DNA from: an uncultured Clostridia bacterium
Lineage (GTDB): Bacteria > Bacillota > Clostridia > TANB77 > CAG-465
Assembly (NCBI GenBank): GCA_947625855.1
Contig: CANQPW010000003.1
Span: 33 to 64,032 of the forward strand
Direction: 5' to 3'
Length of the DNA: 64,000 nt
In this document: positions 33,079 through 42,300 of the stretch, in pieces
Layout of the letters: each line of letters starts with the position of its first letter
Position numbering within the stretch: the first letter of the stretch is position 1
Position numbers and translations under genes: made by a program
The notes under the pieces: model-generated
Seen by the model: the letters and a program-made list of their open reading frames with translations, nothing else
What the model was told of the DNA's origin: nothing
Database searches by the model: none

Positions 33079-33168
33079 TTAAGAGATTTTTTTGTTTAAA
33101 TAAATATCTGTGTGTGTGTGTGTGTGTGTGTGTAGTTTATTCACATTTTCGTGCAATATTGTTACCAT
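33079..33168 (-). CDS. Candidate 29-codon leader ORF containing the (CA)12 tract
   Basis: AAGGAGA (33178-33184), 9-nt spacer, ATG at 33168. Encodes MVTILHENVNKL(HT)4DIYLNKKIS, stop TAA at 33079-33081. Lies downstream of the predicted promoter. Too short for the ORF track; found by hand translation. Confidence 0.3.
   Translation of the reverse strand: MVTILHENVNKLHTHTHTHTDIYLNKKIS
33109..33132. repeat. (TG)12 / (CA)12 dinucleotide microsatellite
   Basis: Read directly: ctg(tg)11tag, giving 12 uninterrupted TG units. It is 130 nt upstream of the paralog 2 ATG. No comparable tract lies upstream of paralog 1. Confidence 0.97.
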
Positions 33169-33207
33169 AATATTCTATCTCCTTTTTAAACGTACTATTA
33201 TAATTTT

Positions 33208-33236
33208 ATATTACCATTACTAAGAAAAAAAATCAA
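33208..33236 (-). promoter_or_regulatory. Promoter of VWA paralog 2
   Basis: Minus strand TTGATT, 17 nt, TAATAT with TGg extended -10. Sits within a ~40-nt block nearly identical to 27911-27950. Confidence 0.55.
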
Positions 33237-33331
33237 TAAATAATGTCTAAAAATATGATTATATTTGTATAATAATATATTAATCACTATAATAATAAAG
33301 CAATAAATAAAAAATAATATCTACAAATATA

Positions 33332-33355
33332 CCCCAGTTGAACCATCAACTGGGG
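33332..33355 (-). terminator. Terminator of the 3432-aa adhesin gene
   Basis: Perfect GC-containing hairpin CCCCAGTTGA-acca-TCAACTGGGG, 10 nt after the stop codon. The minus strand continues TATATTTGT. Confidence 0.7.
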
Positions 33356-33365
33356 TTATTAGTGA

Positions 33366-36300
33366 TTATTTAATTTTTTGCTTTTTAGATTTTTTTATTA
33401 AAACTATTGAGAAAATTACAAATAATATACTACAAATTGAAGTTAATATATATTTTGTTATATTAATATCTGATGTATCTACATTACCAACATTAACATA
33501 TATCTTTTCATTTTCTATATCTATGTATATATTTTCTGTTACTTTACCTGATATTTGTTTTTCATTAACCTTATTTATTTTTGTAACATAATCTTCTGCA
33601 TTTAATTCACTTATTTCATAATCAAAGTTTTCAGGTACTTTATATATTAATATTGTTTGATTATTTGATATTTTTATAACACCTTCACCAGATACTATTT
33701 TTCCTTCAGATACAACTTCATCTTTTTCATTTAGTATCTCATAATCTAAGTCTTCTGTGTAATTACCTAATTCATTAGTAATTTTTACACTTATTTCAAA
33801 TTGTTCATTTAAGTCCTCTTCTTTTGCTTTTAATTTTTTTGTTATATAAATATCAGGTTTATATTCATATATATAACTTACAATAACAGTATTTTCCTCT
33901 ATAATTCCACTTGCATTTTCTGGAACACTAACTAAATAATAATTTTCAAATTCTTTATATTCAGTTTCATATTCATCGCCTAATAATACATCTTCAATTA
34001 CAATATCATCTATAATTTTTGTACCATCAGTTTTCTCATATTTTACAATAATTCTTGCCTTTATTCTTTGAAATTCTACTTGCACATGTATATTTTCTTT
34101 TACAGATTTAAACTTATCTAATACATATGGTAATGATCTATCATCTGGTAATTCTTGTTCTACACCATTTACAAGTATTTTTGATATTTCAAAATATTGG
34201 TCTGGTACTATTTCAATATCTTCTACACTATCTTTTCCATATTCTACATATTCATATACATCATCATATTGTCCTGATATAGTACCATTTTCTGATAAAA
34301 CTTCTGTTGTAATTTCAAATTTTCTTAAACAAAATTCAACTGAAATTTCATAATCTTGATATATATTTTCAATTTTTGGCAATGTATAAGGTGAAATTCT
34401 ATCATCTGGTAAAGCTTGTTCTTCACCATTTATTGTAATTTTTGATATCTCATATCCTGTATCAGGTGTTATAACTACATCACTTGTTTGAGAATATCCT
34501 AAAACTACTCTTTCTACATATTCTTCATCTTGTGCAGTTATTGTACCGCCTTCACCATTTACTTTTGTTGTAATTTTATATGTTATTATACTATTTTTTA
34601 CAGTTACATCATTTTCATTTTTGGTTACTTCAGAATCATATATATCTATATCTTGTTCTTCAACGCTATAATCTATTTTACTACCATTAGCATTTTTAAA
34701 CAAATTATCAATTGTTTTCTTGTAATCTTCATTTTTTAATAATTCAACATTTTCCATAAAGATATTTCCATCTAAATATACATTTACATATATTGTATCT
34801 GGTCTATATCCTTCAAAACCTTCATCAACAAATTCTTTTGTAATATTTAGGGATATTTTTTCAACTTCATGTGAATTTGTTACATTAAATGTTTTTGCAT
34901 CACTATCATATATAATATCTGATGTATAACCATTTGGTACTTGTTCTTCTAAAGTATAATTTATTTCATTTCCAGCCTCATATTTATCTAAATCAGATAT
35001 TGTTATACTGTTACTATCTAGTATAATATTATCATTTACTACTTTATCACCATTTTTCAAAGTAAATTTTACAGTTTTTGGTCTTATTCCATCTCTATTA
35101 TCATCATCTTGCCATATTTTGTTTATTATTACATATGTTTTTTCAATTTCATGTTTATTTTTTAATGTAAATGTATTAGTTGCATCATCAAAGTCTTTAC
35201 TCTCAAGTGTATAATCTGTCAATTCATTTTCTAATACATCATATATAATAGCCTCTCCACCATTTTCATATACATATACTTCATCAAATGATGCACTAAA
35301 CTCATTTTCTGCATCTAATGTTTTCTTTTGTATTTCTCTACCATTTGATGTTAATGTTACTTCAACACTTTCTGGTCTTTTTCCATCCTGATTGTTATTA
35401 TCATTCCATTCTTTCTTTACAGAAATTACTTTCTTTTGAGGTGTATATGTATTTGTTGCCTTAAATGTTTTTGTATCACTGTTATACTCAATTTTAGATG
35501 TATATTTTTCTGATAATTCTACTTCTTCAACTATATAATTTATCTCAACACCATCTGAATTTTTATCTAAATCTGTTATAGTTATTGCCCAACCATTTTC
35601 CTCATTTAATATAACATTGTCCTTTACAACTTCACCGTCTCTTTTTATTACAAAATATGCATTTTCTGGTCTTATTCCATCTCTGTCATCTTCATCTTGC
35701 CATGTTTTTGTAATTATTATTTCTGCCTTTTCAATTTCATGTTTATTTTTTAGTGTAAATGTATTTGTTTCATTATCAAAATCTTTACTTTCAAGTGTAT
35801 AATATGATATTTCATTTTCTGATACATCATAGGAAATAGGCTCTCCACCATTTTCATATACATATACTTCATCAAATGATGCAGTAAAGTTATTTTCTTT
35901 ATTTAAAGTTATTTTTTGTCCTTCTGCATTATTTGCAAGTAAAGTTACTTCAATACTTTCTGGTCTTCTTCTGTCTTGATCTTCATTATCAATCCATTCT
36001 TTTCTTACAGAAATTACCTTTTTCTTAGGCTCATATGTATTTGTTACATTAAATGTTTTTGTATTACTATCATATTTAATATCTGATGTATATTCATCTG
36101 GTGTATCTTCTTCCAAAGTATAATTTATTTCATTTCCAGCCTCATATTTATCTAAATAATATATTGTTGTACTATTATTACTTGAAGAATCTAATATAAT
36201 GTTATCTTCTACTACTTTTTCTCCATTTTTTAATGTGAATTTTATAGTTTCTGGTCTTATACCATCTCTGTCATTTTCATCATCCCAAACTTTTGATATA

Positions 36301-39300
36301 GTCCTTTCTGTTTTTTCTATATCATGTTTGTTTGTTATAACAAAGGTATTAGTATCATCTTCAAAATGTTTATCTTCAAGTGTATATTCTGCTATATCAT
36401 TTTCTGATACATCATAAGAAATAGGTTCTCCATCTTCATTTACAAAAACTTCTTCAAAACTACCACTCCAAGAATTATCATTATTAAGTGTTATAGTCTG
36501 TAATATATTTCCTTTTGATGTTAAATTTACTTCAACACTTCCTGGTCTTTTTCCATCTTGATTTTCGTTATCGTCCCATTCTTTTCTTACAGAAATTACC
36601 TTTTTCTTAGGCTCATATGTATTTGTTATAGTATAAGTCTGTGTTTCTTCACTATATTGTGTATCAGATGTATATTCACCTGGTTTTTCTTCTTCTAATG
36701 TGTATACTATTTGTGTTTGTGCTTCATATTTATCCAAATTAGATATTGTTGTTGACCAACCATTTGCATCACTTAATACAATATCATCTTTTAATACAGT
36801 ATCATTTTTCTTTAGTACAAAATTTAAACTTTCTGGTCTTATACCATCTCTATTATTATCATCTTGCCATATTTTTGTTATTGTTCTTGACACTTTTTCA
36901 ATCTCATGTTTATTTGTTATAGTATATGTATTAGTTACCTCATCAAAATTTTTACTCTCAAGTGTATAATCTGTTATTTCATTTTCTGATACATCATATG
37001 TAATAGGGCTTCCACCATTTTCATATACATATACTTCATCAAATGATGCACTCCACTCATTTTCTGCATTTAAAGTTCTCTTTTGTGCTTCTTCACCATT
37101 TGAAGTTAATGTTACTTCAACGCTTTCTGGTCTTTTTCCATCTTGATTTTCGTTATCATTCCATTCTTTCTTTACAGAAATTACCTTCTTTTCAGGTGTA
37201 TATGTATTTGTTACGTTATATGTTTTTGTATCAGCATCATATTCTATATTAGATGTATATTTTTCTGATATTTCTTTTTCTTCAACTGTATAATTTATCT
37301 CTACGCCATTTGAATTTTTATCTAAATCTGATATAGTTGTTGTCCAACCATTTGTACTATTTAATACAATATTATCTTTTACAATTTCACCGTCTTTTTT
37401 TATTACAAAATATGCATTTGCTGGTCTTAGGCCATCTCTGTTTTCCTCATCTTGCCATATTTTTGTAATTGTTATCTCAGCTTTTTGTACTTCATAATTA
37501 TTAGTTATTGTATAAGTATGATTTTCATCGTTATATTCTATATCTTCTTTTAGATATCCTGGTACAGCTTCTTCTTCAACGCTATAATTAAGCTTTGTAC
37601 CAGCCTCATATACTGGAACTTCTCTAAATCTATCATGCCATCCATTTTCTTCATTTAATGTTAAAGTTTGTTCTACTTTACCATTTAACATTAAATTTAC
37701 TTTTACAGACTCTGGTCTTACTCTATCCTGATTTTCTTTATCATTCCATTTTTTTACAACAAGTATTGTTTTAGTTTCAGGTGTATGCTCATTTTCTAAG
37801 ATGAATTCTCCTCTTCTTATCTCTATTACATTAGGTGTATATCCTTCAACGTCATTTTCTGAAATAGTATATGTAATAGGAGCTTTATTTTCATATTCAA
37901 ATTCATCACTGAAAGTATATTTCCAAGCGTTTCCATCATTTAGCTCTACACTTTTGTATGTTTCACCATTTTTTAGTAAATTAATTGTTACGCTACCTTT
38001 TCTTTTGCCATCTTGATTATCATTATCTTTCCACTCTTTTGTAACAGTTATATTTCTTTTACTTGGTGTATGTGTATTAGTTATAGTAAATGTCTTTGTT
38101 CCATCATCATATACTGTATCAGATGTATAACCATCTTGTTCAATTTCTGATACTTCATAAACTATTTTCTCTTTATCTTTATACACATCTAAATCAGTTA
38201 TTGTTTTTGACCAACCATTAGCATCATTTAATACTATATCATCTTCTACTATATCTTCACCATTTTTTAATGATACTCTTACATTTCTTGGTCTTAATCC
38301 ATCTCTATTGTCATCATCTTGCCATACTTTTGTTATTGTTATATCAGTTTTTTCAATCTCATGTTTATTTGTTATAGTATATGTATCTGTTTCATCATTA
38401 TATATTTTACTTTCTTGGAAATAATCATTAAATCCTTGCTCATTTACATCATAAGATACTTTTTCTCCTGCGTTATATGCAAACACCTCATCAAATGAAC
38501 CAGCCCAACCATTTGCTTCATTTAAAGTAATTCTTTGAACCTCACCATCATTTGAAGTTAAAATCATTGTCACATCTTGTGGTCTTTTTCCATCCTGATC
38601 AAAATTATCATTCCATTCTTTCTTTACAGAAATTACTCTTTTTTCAGGAGTATGTGTATTAGTTACAACAAAAACATCATTTTCATCTTTTGTTACTGTA
38701 TAGGTATAACCGGCTATATCGTTTTCAGTTATTGTATAGTCAATAGGTGTACCATTTTCATTTACATTTACATTATCAAATGTATGTTGCCATCCATTTC
38801 CATCGTCTAATACAGCAGATTGAACTACTCTTCCATTAGCACATAAATTCAAAGTTACATTTTCTGGTCTTTTTCCATCTTGGTCATTTTCATCATTCCA
38901 CTCTTTTCTTACTGAAACACTAGTTTTTTGTGGAACATAAGTATTTGTTACTATATAAGTACGTTGGAATTCTTCATTTTCTCCTTTTTTTAATTGTATA
39001 TCAACATCATAATTTTCTTTTGCAACTCTAAATTCTTCGCCTAAATCTACTTCTTTTACTTCATATACATATTCTTCCATTTGGTCATTGTATTTTTCAA
39101 CAAATGGCCATACATATTTCCAACCAGTATCAGCAGTTAATTCAACTAATCCTACATTTGTATCCCCAACCATATATGGTGCTCCATCTGCATAAAGTTG
39201 AACTTCTATTCTTTCAGGTCTTATTCCATCAGCATCATTTTCATCATTCCATACTTTTTCAACTGATACTTGTACTTCTGGTGGATAACAGTTATATATA

Positions 39301-42300
39301 TCTAATTTATTTTGATTATATATTACTCCATATCCAGCTGGAACAACAGTCTCTTCTACTGTCCACGAAATTTCATTACCATCTTCATATACGTATAAAT
39401 CATTAAAAGTATATTCCCATTCATCACTATTTCCATTTGAATTAGAAGCATTTAGTGTAATTTCATCACTATATCTTTCACCATTTTTTAGTAAAACAAA
39501 AGTTATACTATCAGGTCTTGTGCTATCACTATTACTTCCATCTCTCCATATTTTTGTTACAGTCTTATTTGTTCTTAATGGTGTATGTTTATTCTTGAAA
39601 GTATATATATTACTTGCTTCTTCAAAATTTTTACTTTCTTGTTCATAATCTGTAATATCTACTTCTTCTACATCATATGTAATTTCATCTCCGCCCTCAT
39701 ATACAGGTAAATCTTCAAATACAAAAGTATATGAATTTGATTGATTTAACATACAACTTTTTAGATATTCTCCATTTTTAGATAATTTTATCTCTAAATC
39801 TTGTGGTCTTTTTCCATCTCTATTGTTATCATCATCCCACTCTTTTATAACAGTTATATTTTTAGTTAGTGGTGTATGAGTATTAGTTAATGTCCAATTA
39901 TTTGTTCCCTCATCATTTACTTTACTTGTTAAATTATATTCATTAACTTCTCTTTCTTCTATCTCATAATTTATTTCTATTTGTGTATTAGGTTCGTATT
40001 TATCAACATCTATACTTGTAGTCCATCCATTATCATTATTTAGCTCTACTGTATATGCTACTTCATCTCCATTTTTTATATCACAAATAACATTAACTGG
40101 TCTTTTTCCATCTTGATTGCTTGCATCATCCCAGATTTTTGTAATATTTATTTTCTTTGTTTCAACCCATTTTGCATAAAGATTTGTATTTTTAGTAATT
40201 GGTGTTTCAAAGTCGAATTTTTCATCATTTTCCCTATTATACCAACCATCAAATCTAAATCCTTCTTTTGTTGGATCAGAAGGTTTATGTGCAAGTTTTC
40301 CATGACTTACTAGTTCTAAGTATAAATTATCTCCTTCTTTGCTATAATACATACTTTCATCAGTAAAATCACCATCTTCTGTATCATAATATACATCGTA
40401 TATTATATTTTTAAAATATAGATCTATTGTAGCTGTTCCCTCAGTAGATACTATAACCATTAAAACAGAGCTTTTTTCACTATCAAATTCATGACCTACA
40501 TATAATGGACTTTCCTCTGATAAATATTCATAATAATCAGTAGCATATATATATTTTCCTACTGAATCTTCACCTTCTGCTTTAAAATCTGGAGATTCTG
40601 GATATGTTCCATCATCTTGCATAAAGTAATAATTTATTTTATAATCTCCTTTTCTTTCAACAGGTGAATAATAGAAATATATAACATTAACAAGTTCGTT
40701 GTCTCTATCACTTGTAAGTACCATCATTTTTTTGTATGCGTCAACTTCATAACCATCTATTTCTATGCTTTCTTCTACGACCATGAAAATATCTTCATAA
40801 GTATCTTGCTCAATTACATTTCCAGGTCTTTTAAATTCTCCCTCTTTGCTATCATGTAATATAACATCTGGTGATGGAACCTCACCATTTTCATATACTT
40901 TTCCTGTATTTTCAACATAATATACTATATATTTCATATTTGGTTGTGGAGTATAGAAAAAGTATAGTATATTTTCATCAGGATTTGTAGAAATTTCTAG
41001 GTTTTTCTCATAACGGTCTACAAAGTACATATTTTGTAATGCACCTTCTAGCACAAGTACTGCATCTTCTGTAACAACTGTTCCATATTTTACATTAGTT
41101 ACTACCTTTTCATCTTGTAGATAATCACTTTCACTATAACTTGCAGGATCTTTTATTAAATTTCCATCATCATCATATTTTGCAAGCACATATCTTACTC
41201 TATACGTTCCTTCTTGTCTTGCTTCCCAAACTGCATCAAGTTGTAAATCTTTATATACTTTCTGTGAATCACTAAATAAGTATTCAACATATTCTCCTAA
41301 ATCATTTGTATAATACCAACCTTTAAATGTATAACCATCTCTTGTAGGTTGAGGTGACGGTTTCTTTAAAAGACTTCCAGAATTTACAACTGTTTTATAC
41401 TTTCCATCTTCAAGTGTATATCCTGTATTACCTCCAACACCTGCTCTCCATCTTCCATTTTTAGTATCAAATACTGCATCATGTTTTGGTACTATCCAAT
41501 TAGCATATATAACTAAGTTTTGATCCATTGTAGTATAAGTTGAGTCTTCCCATGGAAATTCTGTTCTAAACGCTGCATCTAAATACCATTTATCAAAAGG
41601 TCTTATTTCACCTTCTTGAGTAATTAATGGATATTGCAATTTATTATCTTCATCATTTTCCATTGCTTCTTGAATAGTTAAAAGATCAGAAATACTTGCT
41701 CCATATTTTAAAACTAAATGCTTTTTACCATCTGTAAGAGTCCTAATATAATACCCTTTATTATTTAATGGCTGTATTATATCCTCACTTGGAACATAAT
41801 CATTTACTATATTATTTAATGTAAGCTCATATTCTATTCTATCGTAATAGAAATAGATATCTGCTGCGCTATCACGTGTTGTGCCTCCTTGACCATCTTG
41901 ACCATTCCAAGCTTTATATACATTTGTAACACCCCAAATATTTGGTGGGTTCATTCCAGATTTTGTAGATGTTGCAACAACTATATAGTTATATACATCA
42001 TCATATTTTTTTCCATCATGAGTATATTCTGCATCAGCTGACTGATCTAACATATCATAAAGTATATGGAATTTAAAATATCTTGGTGATGTACTCCAGT
42101 ATCCATACATTTCGTGTACTTGACTTGGATCATCAGCATTTATAATCAAATCTGATGACATTGTATAGTACCTACCTTGAATATTATGATTTGTATTATT
42201 ATGCCAATAAGGTGAGCTACTGTTTGTTCCCCAAGTCATAAAATAATATGTTGTATTTGAATGAGTTACATCACTTATATATTCAGGTGAAGGCCAAAGT

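Noticed and set aside
33109-33132. The idea that (TG)12 acts by changing -35/-10 spacing, the classical promoter-spacer phase-variation mechanism.
   Set aside because: The best promoter candidate (33208-33236) lies upstream of the tract, so the repeat is in the transcribed leader and not between the hexamers. I saw no alternative -35/-10 pair flanking the tract.
34590-40165. Regular ~290-bp DNA periodicity considered as a CRISPR-like or satellite array.
   Set aside because: The whole region is one uninterrupted 10.3-kb reading frame. The repeats are protein-domain repeats (Cna-B type), far longer than CRISPR repeats and without spacers.
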